Origin: an uncultured Christensenella sp. | GTDB taxonomy: Bacteria > Bacillota > Clostridia > Christensenellales > UBA1242 | Length of the DNA stretch: 64,000 nucleotides | Direction: 5' to 3' | Assembly (NCBI GenBank): GCA_964434265.1 | Contig: CAYSUK010000001.1 | Coordinates: forward strand, 240,391-304,390 | Shown here: piece by piece, positions 1 to 9,412 of the stretch | How the letters are laid out: each line of letters begins with the position of its first letter | How positions within the stretch are numbered: the first letter of the stretch is position 1 | Notes under the pieces: model-generated | Databases searched by the model: none | What the model saw: only the letters and a program-made list of their open reading frames with translations | Told to the model about the DNA's origin: nothing | Position numbers and translations under genes: made by a program

Positions 1-361
1 AGCCTATCACTTGAACAATAGACAATTGGTCGATAAGTCCCGACACCATACCAGCAGTACCTTTTAATACCTTAACAACAACAAGATTCATGGCATTCTT
101 GACAGAGATTACGCATTCCTTAAAGATTGAAAGATACTTATTTGAAAGACCTTGAACATTAGCACCAACAATAGCATATTTGTAAGTCTTATTGTCACTC
201 AATATTTTTATAAGACCAAGCTCTTTAATGTCACGACTAATTGTAGCTTGTGTAACTTCAAAGTTTGCATCTCTCAAAGCATTAACAAGTTCGTCTTGTG
301 TTTCTATGTCCTTTGTTGAAATAATCTCCAATATTTTTGATTGTCTAGAATTTCTTGCCAT
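1..361 (-). CDS. argR: Arginine repressor ArgR/AhrC, first 120 codons (C-terminus beyond left window edge; absent from supplied ORF track)
   Basis: Own reverse-strand translation from ATG at 361-359: MARNSRQSKILEIISTKDIETQDELVNALRDANFEVTQATISRDIKELGLIK...; the wHTH 'TQATISRDIKEL' string is typical of ArgR; GAGGTG SD a few nt upstream. Confidence 0.85.
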   Translation of the reverse strand, partial: MARNSRQSKILEIISTKDIETQDELVNALRDANFEVTQATISRDIKELGLIKILSDNKTYKYAIVGANVQGLSNKYLSIFKECVISVKNAMNLVVVKVLKGTAGMVSGLIDQLSIVQVIG

Positions 362-468
362 AAAGCACCTCATCGCATGATTGTATTTTTATAAAATGTA
401 TGAAACGAATATTTATTTATTTGCTTCGCAATAATTATACACTACTTTTTATGATTATGCAAGAGGTT

Positions 469-486
469 TTTGAATATTTATTCATT
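469..486. promoter_or_regulatory. ARG-box-like operator (TTTGAATATTTATTCATT)
   Basis: Matches the published 18-bp ARG box consensus TNTGAATWWWWATTCANW at every specified position; lies ~110 nt upstream of argR ATG. Confidence 0.5.
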
Positions 487-531
487 CAATTTTTTATGAA
501 TATTCAGGCCGTTTCATAAGTATAAATTTAC

Positions 532-549
532 CCTGTATATTTATTCATG
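532..549. promoter_or_regulatory. Second, weaker ARG-box-like site (CCTGTATATTTATTCATG)
   Basis: TGTAT-ATTT-ATTCA core, 1 mismatch in left half-site; reverse complement CATGAATAAATATACAGG resembles Bacillus AhrC boxes. Confidence 0.35.
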
Positions 550-611
550 CATATTTATAAATGGCTTTATAAAGCCGTTTTGGGGCTATTATTTTTTGCA
601 TAGTATGTCGC

Positions 612-647
612 AAAAATAAAAAAATGAGAGAGTAAAACTACTCTCCC
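612..647 (-). terminator. Rho-independent terminator downstream of proS
   Basis: 7-bp stem 628-634/639-645 (GAGAGTA/TACTCTC), 4-nt loop, followed on minus strand by a U-run (A-run 612-624 on +). Confidence 0.6.
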
Positions 648-675
648 ACTATGTTTTTGTTAAAAATTATTTATA

Positions 676-2355
676 CTATTTTTTTAGGATTTGCATAATC
701 TCATCATAAGTTTTTAGTGACTTTGTAAGCGTTTTTCTTTCAATAAACTCATACAATCCATTTTCACTATCACGTCCAACAATGATGATATATGGCATTC
801 CAAGAAGTTCTGCGTCAGTAAGTTTGACACCAAACGATTCTTTACGGTCGTCCATAATAATATCCAAATTATTGTTTATCAAATTGTCATATAACATATT
901 AGCACGTTCGACAAGTGTTTGGTCTTTCACATTTGCAATAACAATATGAGCATTGTATGGCGCAACAATCTCTGGCCAAATGATTCCATTGTCATCACTA
1001 TATTGTTCGACAAGTGCACTAAGTGTACGAGTAACACCTATTCCATAACAACCCATTTGCATTAGTTGTTGTTTGCCATTTACATCAAGATATTTACAAT
1101 CCATAAGTTCGGTATAATGTGTATCATTTTTAAATATGTGACCAACTTCAATACCACGAATCACTATCATAGGGTGACCACATTTAGGGCATTTGTCACC
1201 AGCTACACATTTTCTTATGTCGGCGAAAGTATCAATCTTCAAATCTTCCAAATTGGCATTTTCAAAGTGATAATCCTCCTTATTGCCACCCATAACAAAA
1301 TTGTGCATATTCTTTACTTCATTGTCAGCAACAACATATACGTTTTTCAAGTCTTTAGTTGCACCAATAAAACCAGCAACCGAACCAGCTTTTGAGATCA
1401 ACTCATGGCTTGCCATTTCAAATTTTGTTGTTTCGAGCAAGTTTGAAAGTTTAACATCTTCAACTTCTCTATCACCACGCACAAGCGCAAGTACCAAACC
1501 TTTATCAGTATCGTAAGCCACAACCTTCAAAAAGTTTTGTGGAGTTGTATTTAAAAACTTAGCAAGTTCTTCAATAGTTTTTACACTAGGAGTTTTGATT
1601 AGACTTTTTGCTTTATGTTGCACTTTTGTCGCATCTTCTTCAAAAACACATGGGGCTTTCTCGACATTTGCGGCATATTTACAATGCTCACAAACCATAA
1701 TTTCATCTTCTCCGACATCATTTTTGACCATAAATTCGCGTGAACCACTTCCACCCATTGCTCCGTTGTCGGCTTCGACAGAAACAAAATCAAGGCCAAG
1801 TTTTTCAAAAATGCGGTCATAAGTATCTGACATTGTATTAAATGATTTGTCAAGACCTGCCTTATCCACATCGTATGAATAAGCATCATTCATGATAAAC
1901 TCTTTTGCTCTTATAAGTCCAAAACGTGGTCTAACTTCGTCTCTAAACTTTGTTTGCGTTTGATACAAAATAACAGGAAGTTGTTTATAGCTAGTGATTG
2001 CGTCTTTAATTGTTTGGGTAAACATCTCTTCGTGAGTAGGCCCAAGGCAATAATCTTTTCCATTGCGGTCTTTTAATTTAAACATATCATTGCCAAATTT
2101 ATCAATACGGCCAGCATAAACATCTTGAGTCAAAAGCATAGGCATTTGCACTTTAATACAACCCGCCCTATCAAGCTCTGATTCGATTACATTTTGTATT
2201 TTACTTAATACCTTAACCGCAAGTGGCAAATACACATAAGTTCCAGCTGATTGCTTTTTAATGTAACCAGCCCTTACCAATAATTTATGACTTTTTATCT
2301 CTCCATCGGCTGGATCGTCTCTATAAGTTTTTAAAAACATTTGTGAAAATTTCAT
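676..2355 (-). CDS. proS: Prolyl-tRNA synthetase (bacterial type with editing insertion)
   Basis: 559-aa ORF; N-terminus MKFSQMFLKTYRDDPADGEIKSHKLLVRAGYIKK and length typical of bacterial ProRS; GGGA SD. Confidence 0.95.
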   Translation of the reverse strand: MKFSQMFLKTYRDDPADGEIKSHKLLVRAGYIKKQSAGTYVYLPLAVKVLSKIQNVIESELDRAGCIKVQMPMLLTQDVYAGRIDKFGNDMFKLKDRNGKDYCLGPTHEEMFTQTIKDAITSYKQLPVILYQTQTKFRDEVRPRFGLIRAKEFIMNDAYSYDVDKAGLDKSFNTMSDTYDRIFEKLGLDFVSVEADNGAMGGSGSREFMVKNDVGEDEIMVCEHCKYAANVEKAPCVFEEDATKVQHKAKSLIKTPSVKTIEELAKFLNTTPQNFLKVVAYDTDKGLVLALVRGDREVEDVKLSNLLETTKFEMASHELISKAGSVAGFIGATKDLKNVYVVADNEVKNMHNFVMGGNKEDYHFENANLEDLKIDTFADIRKCVAGDKCPKCGHPMIVIRGIEVGHIFKNDTHYTELMDCKYLDVNGKQQLMQMGCYGIGVTRTLSALVEQYSDDNGIIWPEIVAPYNAHIVIANVKDQTLVERANMLYDNLINNNLDIIMDDRKESFGVKLTDAELLGMPYIIIVGRDSENGLYEFIERKTLTKSLKTYDEIMQILKK

Positions 2356-2364
2356 AATATCCCT

Positions 2365-2568
2365 CTACATATTTTCTTCTTTAAATGTGTCTATTTCTTT
2401 CTTAATAACAGTAATTTTGCCCTTTGCTTCTTTTAATGAAACATAACATTCTTTGGCAAGCTCGCTACCTTCTTTAAAAAGTGCAATGCCTTCATCAATA
2501 CCTACATCGCCTTTTTCAAGTTTTTCGGTAATTTCTTTTAACTTTTTAAGTTTTTCATCTAAGTTCAT
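2365..2568 (-). CDS. xseB: Exodeoxyribonuclease VII small subunit
   Basis: 67-aa helical ORF overlapping xseA stop by 4 nt; typical xseA-xseB pairing. Confidence 0.9.
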   Translation of the reverse strand: MNLDEKLKKLKEITEKLEKGDVGIDEGIALFKEGSELAKECYVSLKEAKGKITVIKKEIDTFKEENM

Positions 2569-3749
2569 AATTCACCTACGCTTTTTACTTCACTTTGTAT
2601 TTTTCCATCAGTAAGTACAAATTCTATATTGTCACCGATTTTTACATCGTTTTTACTTTTAACCAAACTGCCATTACAAACCACTTTTGTATAGCCCTTT
2701 ATTAGCAAATTTTGCGGATTTAAAATATTAATACTTGATAGACACTTTTCAATTTGATTTTCATATTTTAAAATCATCATCTCAATTGCATTTTGCATAC
2801 CATCATTACACTTATCGGTGAGACCAGAATAGTTTTGGATTTTGTTAGACAGATAGTTTTCAATTTTAACAAGCATCATATCCACACTACTAAGATAACT
2901 ATTTGAAATATAATTTATATACTTTTCCATTTGAGTAAGATTGTTTAGTATCTCATTTTCAAGCAAATCCTTCCGCCATGCTACAAGTTCAGCAGCTGCA
3001 GACGGTGTCGGTGCTCTAAGGTCAGACACAAAATCAATAATTGTAAAATCAGTCTCGTGTCCCACACCACTCACAAGCGGTTTTTTACACCTAAAAGTAG
3101 CATCTGCCACAACTTCTGTATTAAACGGTTGTAAGTCTTCAAGACTTCCACCACCACGTGCGACAATCACAACATCAATATTATCATAATCACTAAAAAA
3201 GTCAATACCTTTTGCAATCTCAAATTCCGCTCCGACGCCTTGGACTTTAACAGGATAAAGTACAATGTCTATACCATCATTTCTCCTAGTAGTAACATCA
3301 ATAATATCTTGAATAACAGCACCTGTCGGCGAACTAACAACTCCTATACGTCTAACTCGCTCAGGAATGGGTTTTTTCTTTAAAGGGTCAAAATATCCTT
3401 TCTTCTCCAGGTCGTCCTTTAGTTGTAAAAACTTTTCATACAAAAGACCCTTTCCATACGGCATAATTTTCGTTGCATTAAACGACAATTTGCCACCTTT
3501 AGTATAATAGTTCATTCCGCCAGTAACCAGTACCATATCACCTAGTTTTGGTGTATCAAACTTATTTGCACCAAAGAGCACACAAGACAACAAATTCTCT
3601 TCATCTTTCAAATTAAAATATGCTATACCATTACTTATAGTATAACTGCTCACTTCACCAAAAACACTAATGTTTTTAAGCATAATTTCGCTGTCAAAAA
3701 TGTTTTTGATATATTTATTAAGTTGTGCTACCGATACACAATTCTCCAT
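2565..3749 (-). CDS. xseA: Exodeoxyribonuclease VII large subunit
   Basis: 394-aa ORF, N-terminal OB-fold region (ISVFGEVSSY...) and catalytic core GVVSSPTGAVIQDI / ARGGGSLEDL. Confidence 0.93.
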   Translation of the reverse strand: MENCVSVAQLNKYIKNIFDSEIMLKNISVFGEVSSYTISNGIAYFNLKDEENLLSCVLFGANKFDTPKLGDMVLVTGGMNYYTKGGKLSFNATKIMPYGKGLLYEKFLQLKDDLEKKGYFDPLKKKPIPERVRRIGVVSSPTGAVIQDIIDVTTRRNDGIDIVLYPVKVQGVGAEFEIAKGIDFFSDYDNIDVVIVARGGGSLEDLQPFNTEVVADATFRCKKPLVSGVGHETDFTIIDFVSDLRAPTPSAAAELVAWRKDLLENEILNNLTQMEKYINYISNSYLSSVDMMLVKIENYLSNKIQNYSGLTDKCNDGMQNAIEMMILKYENQIEKCLSSINILNPQNLLIKGYTKVVCNGSLVKSKNDVKIGDNIEFVLTDGKIQSEVKSVGEL

Positions 3750-3751
3750 AA

Positions 3752-4150
3752 CTACTCGTTGTCTTTAATAATACTAGCAATAACACCATTTACAAATTTA
3801 GAACTTCGCGGAGTCGAGTATTTTTTTGCAAGCTCAACACTCTCGTTTGCCACAATTTTGGACGGAGTCAATTTATAATACTTTATCTCATAAAGCGCCA
3901 TTATAAGTATGGCGAGGTCTACCTTAAACATATTGTCTACACTATAAACCTTAATATATTTAGAAAGTTCGTCCAATAAAATTGTTTTTTTATCTACAAT
4001 CTCACCATACATGTTTGTAAGCCATGCTTTGTTTTCTTCGTCAATATTTTCATCAGACATAATCTCGTCATACAAAACAGTACTTTCATCTTGAAAGCAT
4101 TGTTCGAAAACAAGTTTGAAAAGTTTTTCACGTGTATTAATTCTTCCCAT
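3752..4150 (-). CDS. nusB: Transcription antitermination factor NusB
   Basis: 132-aa ORF, REKLFKLVFE... / ANESVELAKKY...KFVNGV motif pattern; GGAG SD. Confidence 0.9.
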   Translation of the reverse strand: MGRINTREKLFKLVFEQCFQDESTVLYDEIMSDENIDEENKAWLTNMYGEIVDKKTILLDELSKYIKVYSVDNMFKVDLAILIMALYEIKYYKLTPSKIVANESVELAKKYSTPRSSKFVNGVIASIIKDNE

Positions 4151-4160
4151 AATCTCCTCA

Positions 4161-4198
4161 CAAAATAGACCCCTGGCTTTGTTTAGTCAAGGGTCTAT
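4161..4198 (-). terminator. Hairpin/weak terminator between asp23-like gene and nusB
   Basis: 8-bp stem ATAGACCC (4165-4172)/GGGTCTAT (4191-4198), then UUUUG on minus strand. Confidence 0.45.
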
Positions 4199-4200
4199 TA

Positions 4201-4581
4201 CTATACTATTTCTTCTTCCTTAGGGAAATCCACCCCAAGCACATGAACATTGATACGATCAATTTTCATTTCTATCATTGACGCAAGACTGTTTTTAATG
4301 TTTTCTTGAACTTTGTATGCTATCTCAGACACATTGTATCCATAGTATACATTTAGATAAACATCAACATTCATAGAGTCATTGATATAGCTTATCTTTA
4401 CACCTTCATAGTAATTATTGCTAAACCAACGCATAAGCACAGAGCCAAAGTTTGCCACCAAGCTACTAACACCTGCTATCTCTTTTGTAGCAAGGTTTAT
4501 AACTGACAACACAATATTGCGGTCATAAGTCACTCTTCCCTTTGCGGGTTTATTAAGATAATTATTGTCTTTATATACCAT
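4201..4581 (-). CDS. Asp23/Gls24-family alkaline shock protein
   Basis: ORF track 4201-4614 starts at GTG; I prefer ATG at 4581 (MVYKDNNYL...); VSSLV...GVKI...VDVYL pattern typical of Asp23 family; conserved position after spoIIIAH. Confidence 0.8.
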   Translation of the reverse strand: MVYKDNNYLNKPAKGRVTYDRNIVLSVINLATKEIAGVSSLVANFGSVLMRWFSNNYYEGVKISYINDSMNVDVYLNVYYGYNVSEIAYKVQENIKNSLASMIEMKIDRINVHVLGVDFPKEEEIV

Positions 4582-4633
4582 AACATTTTCCCTTTTACAG
4601 GGTAAGTATATCACAATATTTAGTCTTTTGCAA

Positions 4634-5116
4634 TTATTCTACTGGAATTATTTTGATATTATCAAAAGTATAATCACTACAAGTTTCGATTACATTGACA
4701 ATTTGCGACAATTCTTCATCTGTAAATGACTTGCCTTTTATAATTACATTAACACTATTTGTGAGCGCTGATACGACCACATCACTAAATCCAAGACTTT
4801 TAATATTGTTTTCAAGTGTTGTTTGGATATTAATAGTTTGAGTGATTTTAAGCATCTCAGCTTCGGCATTTTGTTTGGTTTCCGCAGATGTACTATCGCT
4901 CTCTGTAATAGCCTTTAGATATTCCATTTGTTGATCATAAGTTGTGGTACGGTCAGTACGATAGTTTGTAAAGAAATTCCCGGTAGCAACAACATTATCG
5001 CTATTAGTTGTGGCTTTTGCAGAAATATTATTGTTTAATACAATATTTAATACGGCAGTAAGTGCTAAAAGTAAGCAAAAACTTGTAATTATTATTATTC
5101 TCTTTTTCTTGGTCAT
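4634..5116 (-). CDS. spoIIIAH: Stage III sporulation protein AH
   Basis: 160 aa, N-terminal TM helix then soluble domain; last gene of an 8-gene spoIIIA-ordered operon. Confidence 0.75.
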   Translation of the reverse strand: MTKKKRIIIITSFCLLLALTAVLNIVLNNNISAKATTNSDNVVATGNFFTNYRTDRTTTYDQQMEYLKAITESDSTSAETKQNAEAEMLKITQTINIQTTLENNIKSLGFSDVVVSALTNSVNVIIKGKSFTDEELSQIVNVIETCSDYTFDNIKIIPVE

Positions 5117-5117
5117 A

Positions 5118-5747
5118 TTATCCCCCTATAAATACTTCAATTTTATTGCTTGATATTCCAAGCGCTGTGCTAACTGCATTTATTATATCCATTTTGACTC
5201 TCACATCACTAGCACCACTACTAACTACAATTACACCCTTAATCTCTGGCAAGGTCTCACCGATTACCAACGGACTGGACTTGCCATTTGTAGTAACATA
5301 TATAGGTTCGGTTGTTGTCGTAGTAGTACTGCCACCTGAAGTGGAAATTGTTTTCGTTTCTTCATTTTGTGCTATATTAAGTATAGGACTCGAATCTATA
5401 GATATCATAACTTGCGTTTTACCCGCACCACTTATTCCACTAAGTACATTTTTTAATTTATCTTCCAATATAGCTATGTATTCTAGACTACTTGTATAAC
5501 TAACACTCTCTTGGCTTGCAGTCGAACTTGAAACAGTTTCGGTAGACGGCAAAGCCTTTATAATAAGCAGTGCACATAACCCTATCACAAGTATAGGCAA
5601 AAGTGTTTTCAAACCTTTTACACCAAATAGACGAGATGAAAATATTTTTCTAACACTACTTAAAGACTTATCTTTGTTAGTTGAATGAATTGGTTTTTCA
5701 CTTATGTTTGACACCGAAACAGCAGTATCACTCTCAAATGACTTCAT
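5118..5747 (-). CDS. spoIIIAG: Stage III sporulation protein AG
   Basis: 209 aa, single TM then C-terminal domain ending IKGVIVVSSGA...KIEV; operon position. Confidence 0.75.
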   Translation of the reverse strand: MKSFESDTAVSVSNISEKPIHSTNKDKSLSSVRKIFSSRLFGVKGLKTLLPILVIGLCALLIIKALPSTETVSSSTASQESVSYTSSLEYIAILEDKLKNVLSGISGAGKTQVMISIDSSPILNIAQNEETKTISTSGGSTTTTTTEPIYVTTNGKSSPLVIGETLPEIKGVIVVSSGASDVRVKMDIINAVSTALGISSNKIEVFIGG

Positions 5748-6192
5748 ATATCACAATCTCCTCATCCACCTCCACAACTTTTTTAACCATACTCGTAATA
5801 TGTTTATACTTATTTATATGCTCGTCCATATTATTTAGAACATCACGAGAAATATAGATTTTGACATTTGATATGTTTATACAATTTGCGACAAGTTCGC
5901 CGTTTATTTCGACAACACATGGCACTCCATTTTGCGTAAGATATTCGCCAACATCTTGCTCCAAACTGGTTATTTTTTCTTCACGCACATCTTCCAACCA
6001 GTCATACTGAATATCAATATCAAAATTGTAATCCTTTTTTAAAAGAGTTAATATTGGAGATATCATAACAGCTAGAGTAAATATTCCAAAAACACACTTT
6101 ATAATTGTATTTGTCTTTCCGTTTGGAGCTATCATGTCTACCATGACTCCCAAAAAAACAACACCTACTATGCTTACTATCCACGACGTCAT
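5734..6192 (-). CDS. spoIIIAF: Stage III sporulation protein AF
   Basis: Start trimmed to ATG 6192 (ATGA overlap with spoIIIAE stop); two N-terminal TM helices; operon position. Confidence 0.7.
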   Translation of the reverse strand: MTSWIVSIVGVVFLGVMVDMIAPNGKTNTIIKCVFGIFTLAVMISPILTLLKKDYNFDIDIQYDWLEDVREEKITSLEQDVGEYLTQNGVPCVVEINGELVANCINISNVKIYISRDVLNNMDEHINKYKHITSMVKKVVEVDEEIVIYEVI

Positions 6193-7346
6193 ACAACACC
6201 ACCCAATGTGCACATAATAAGTCCAACCGTCAATATATACATAAACGAAATTGATAAAAGTATAACAAGCGGATACACCAACACTTTTGCACAGCCATTA
6301 CAAAACGAAGAAATATTGTCATCTGACATCGGTTGTAAAATTCCCGCAGTTAGTTGTAATGCAAGTTTTAACAGTAAGATTTTAAGAATTGGTGCAAGAA
6401 CAGCACCCATGAGAAGAATAAGCCCGCCGACACCCACTGCATTTTTAATAAGAACTGAAGAAAGCAACACATAATCAAGTCCATCACTAAGATATCCACC
6501 TACAATAGGAATGGCATTTTTCATAGCGAAACGAGTAGCTTTAAGACTTATGGTATCGTATTTCCCTGCCGAAATTCCTTGAATGGTAAGAAAACCAGCA
6601 AATAAAGTGAAAGTAAGTCCTACACCCCATTTAAATAGTGACGACAAAAACGACGACATTTTATCAAGTTTGACAGTTTTACTCAAGTGTCCCACCACAA
6701 CAAACACAAAAGCAACTACAAACATCGGATAAAACACCTTACTAAATATCAAAGAAACACCTGTGGAAAGAATGGCAACAAGTGGCGAATAAATTCCAAC
6801 ACTTACCACTCCACCTGTTGCAGTAAGCAATGTTAGAAGTAAAGGAAACACACACTCCATCTGGCTAGTTATGTTTGAAATAGCGTCATATGTAGACGTA
6901 ATAACCGACTTTATTACTGAAACAATTATTATGACGACAATACTATAACAAACAAGGCTTATTACTTCTCCCATGCCGTTTGCATTTTGAGACGGTCGAA
7001 AGGTTTTGAGTACAAGCGACATAACACCAAGCACCACTATCAAAATCATAATTGGCAATACATTACCTATCTGCGAAGTAAATGTTTTTACAAGATAATT
7101 TAAAGCGCTTCCATAATCTGTATTATAATTTCCTGACACCAAATCCTTGACAATTTGTTTAAAGGTCTTATTGCTTGTAACTTCACTAAAATTTGATGTT
7201 ATGTCGTCAAGCATTGACGTATCCATGCTCTCAATTTGTTTTTCAACTTCAGTTCCGAGTTCGTCAGCAAACACCAAAGTATGATTTTTTGGAACAAATG
7301 AAAACAAGCACAACAACACACATAAAAATAGTATGACTTTTTTCAT
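6189..7346 (-). CDS. spoIIIAE: Stage III sporulation protein AE (polytopic membrane)
   Basis: 385 aa, signal peptide plus multiple TM helices; size and position as in spoIIIAE. Confidence 0.85.
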   Translation of the reverse strand: MKKVILFLCVLLCLFSFVPKNHTLVFADELGTEVEKQIESMDTSMLDDITSNFSEVTSNKTFKQIVKDLVSGNYNTDYGSALNYLVKTFTSQIGNVLPIMILIVVLGVMSLVLKTFRPSQNANGMGEVISLVCYSIVVIIIVSVIKSVITSTYDAISNITSQMECVFPLLLTLLTATGGVVSVGIYSPLVAILSTGVSLIFSKVFYPMFVVAFVFVVVGHLSKTVKLDKMSSFLSSLFKWGVGLTFTLFAGFLTIQGISAGKYDTISLKATRFAMKNAIPIVGGYLSDGLDYVLLSSVLIKNAVGVGGLILLMGAVLAPILKILLLKLALQLTAGILQPMSDDNISSFCNGCAKVLVYPLVILLSISFMYILTVGLIMCTLGGVV

Positions 7347-7732
7347 TTTCCCATAAGCTCCAAAAGCAGATTAAACAGATTACTAATCAATGGCAATGCC
7401 ATAGTAAATATAATAATCTTACCGCCAAGCACCACCTTATCACCAATCGAACTATATCCACTATCAGCACACACTGACGCGCCAAATTCCACAAGATAGC
7501 CGATTCCCATAATTTTGATAAGCGTCCCAAACAAACTAGTGCTTATTCCCGATTTCACCACAATACTACTAAATAGCGCAAATATCTCAGTAAAATAGTT
7601 TAGAATATACAGTATAAGTGTTATGCTGCCTGCAATAATGATTATAAGAGAAAATTGTGGACTTACAGATTTTAGCATAGTTGCACAAAGGCAAATAATT
7701 ATGCCAATAACTACTATTTTTACAACTTCCAT
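7343..7732 (-). CDS. spoIIIAD: Stage III sporulation protein AD
   Basis: 129-aa four-TM protein, 4-nt overlap with spoIIIAE. Confidence 0.8.
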   Translation of the reverse strand: MEVVKIVVIGIIICLCATMLKSVSPQFSLIIIIAGSITLILYILNYFTEIFALFSSIVVKSGISTSLFGTLIKIMGIGYLVEFGASVCADSGYSSIGDKVVLGGKIIIFTMALPLISNLFNLLLELMGK

Positions 7733-7740
7733 AGCTCTCC

Positions 7741-7938
7741 TTAATACAACGAAAAGAGATTTTTTACAGTGGAAAACAGATCACTAATCATATTTACAAC
7801 CATAAAAAGAACAATTATTACACCCGCTAGAGTTGTGAGAGTAGCAATTTCATCTTTGCCTGCATATTTTAAGACTTGATTTGCTACAGCAACCAATATG
7901 CCAATTGCTACTATTTTAAAGATTATATTAATATCCAT
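7741..7938 (-). CDS. spoIIIAC: Stage III sporulation protein AC
   Basis: Start trimmed to ATG 7938 (MDINIIFKIVAIGILV...) preceded by GGAGGTG SD; ~65-aa two-TM protein like SpoIIIAC. Confidence 0.8.
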   Translation of the reverse strand: MDINIIFKIVAIGILVAVANQVLKYAGKDEIATLTTLAGVIIVLFMVVNMISDLFSTVKNLFSLY

Positions 7939-7980
7939 AACACCTCCAAACAAAGCCATTTATGCAAGTTTGCATAATAC

Positions 7981-8415
7981 CTAAATCAGTAGTATGCATA
8001 GTAGTATGCCAATTAAAATACTGAGTTTGAGCGATAGCATTCCCTTCTTGTCAAACTCGGCCGCACATTTTTGCTTTTGACTAGACAAATATTCTTTATA
8101 AAATTGAATATTTCGCAATTCAAAGGAAGTATCAAACTTTCCTATAGACTCTAAAAACTCTTGTATTTTTTTATTTTCTTCTTCACTCAACAATTTGTCA
8201 TTTTGGCCACTCAATACAGCCGACAGACATGTGTCACTATATTTCTCTATTATCTTATTTTTTGTAGTGTTGTAAAAAGATATCTCCTTTATCGCATACT
8301 CACAAAACACAATCATTTTATCATAAAATTTAAGTCTATCGGCAAAATATCTTTTTACTTCTATTCCTATATACACACAAGTACAAAACACAACCAGTAA
8401 AAGTAAGTACTTCAT
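7981..8415 (-). CDS. spoIIIAB: Stage III sporulation protein AB
   Basis: Start trimmed to ATG 8415 (MKYLLLLVVF...), 1-nt overlap with spoIIIAA stop; TM at both ends. Confidence 0.75.
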   Translation of the reverse strand: MKYLLLLVVFCTCVYIGIEVKRYFADRLKFYDKMIVFCEYAIKEISFYNTTKNKIIEKYSDTCLSAVLSGQNDKLLSEEENKKIQEFLESIGKFDTSFELRNIQFYKEYLSSQKQKCAAEFDKKGMLSLKLSILIGILLCILLI

Positions 8416-9311
8416 CACATATAGATACAACGCAAATAATGGTTGTAAACTCCTTCTATTGTTCCTATGCCATTTGACGAGCCAAGCACAACAATTCTTT
8501 CCCACATCTCACGGCGAAGCATCTCTTTAAAACATTCTTTGTTTTTAAGGTCGTTTATATCCTTAGCATGTAAAGTTGCTACTACTTTCACGCCAGATGT
8601 CATGGCATTTTGTATTGTTTCAAGATCTTTGTTTACATCTATTTCGTCAGTTAAAATTACACTTGGCGACATACTTCGAATACCATTTGTGAAAGCATAT
8701 TCTTTACTACAATTTTTCATAACATCTATTCCCACAAATATTTCCTTTTCATATACAGATGTTATTTCACAACGCTCATCAACAATTAGAAGATTTGGAT
8801 TATGTTCTCTCGCCTTCAATTGAAATGCAAAATCTCTTAAAAAAGTAGTTTTTCCCATACCGGGCGGTGAGATAATAAGTGTATTTTTAATACCACCCTC
8901 TACAAGCATTCCATATACTTGCAGACTACAATTTTTTATAATATGTGGAATACGAATGTTTAGTGACGATATGTTTTTAATAGTCGTGAGTTTTCCATCT
9001 GTTTGCACCAGCTCACCACAAACCCCAATACGAAGACCATTATAAGTCACATAACCATTTAGAAGTTGGTCATTTATCGAATACAACGAATTGTTTGAAA
9101 CCTTTTGAAGTATATAATCAAGATTGCACGATTTTACAACAATTCCGTCGCTAGGATTTTTACAAAGCCCATTGTAAGTCAAATACAAACACGTGCCTGC
9201 CACATTTATAGTAATTAGGCTACCCACTCTCAACCTAATCTCATTGACTTGTTCCATCGGAACTGTAGACAAGCTTTCATATAAAAAATTTGGCAATATT
9301 TCCTTTAACAT
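8415..9311 (-). CDS. spoIIIAA: Stage III sporulation protein AA (ATPase)
   Basis: 298 aa, Walker A SPPGMGKTT, Walker B LLIVDE; first gene of the operon; GGTGAG SD. Confidence 0.85.
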   Translation of the reverse strand: MLKEILPNFLYESLSTVPMEQVNEIRLRVGSLITINVAGTCLYLTYNGLCKNPSDGIVVKSCNLDYILQKVSNNSLYSINDQLLNGYVTYNGLRIGVCGELVQTDGKLTTIKNISSLNIRIPHIIKNCSLQVYGMLVEGGIKNTLIISPPGMGKTTFLRDFAFQLKAREHNPNLLIVDERCEITSVYEKEIFVGIDVMKNCSKEYAFTNGIRSMSPSVILTDEIDVNKDLETIQNAMTSGVKVVATLHAKDINDLKNKECFKEMLRREMWERIVVLGSSNGIGTIEGVYNHYLRCIYM

Positions 9312-9358
9312 AACTCACCTTTGCTTTATCATATTTGAGCAAACATGTTGTTATGACA

Positions 9359-9388
9359 ATAAAAAAAAGTATGACATAATCATACTTT
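9359..9388 (-). terminator. Rho-independent terminator after the endonuclease-IV-like gene
   Basis: 8-bp stem AAGTATGA (9367-9374)/TCATACTT (9380-9387), flanked by A/T runs on both sides. Confidence 0.6.
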
Positions 9389-9412
9389 AAAAAATGACAA
9401 AATTATAAATCA

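Noticed and set aside
9312-9358. Sporulation (sigma-E/sigma-G type) promoter upstream of spoIIIAA
   Set aside because: I could not find a convincing match to the sigma-E (ATA...CATACA-T) or sigma-G consensus by eye, so I left it unannotated.
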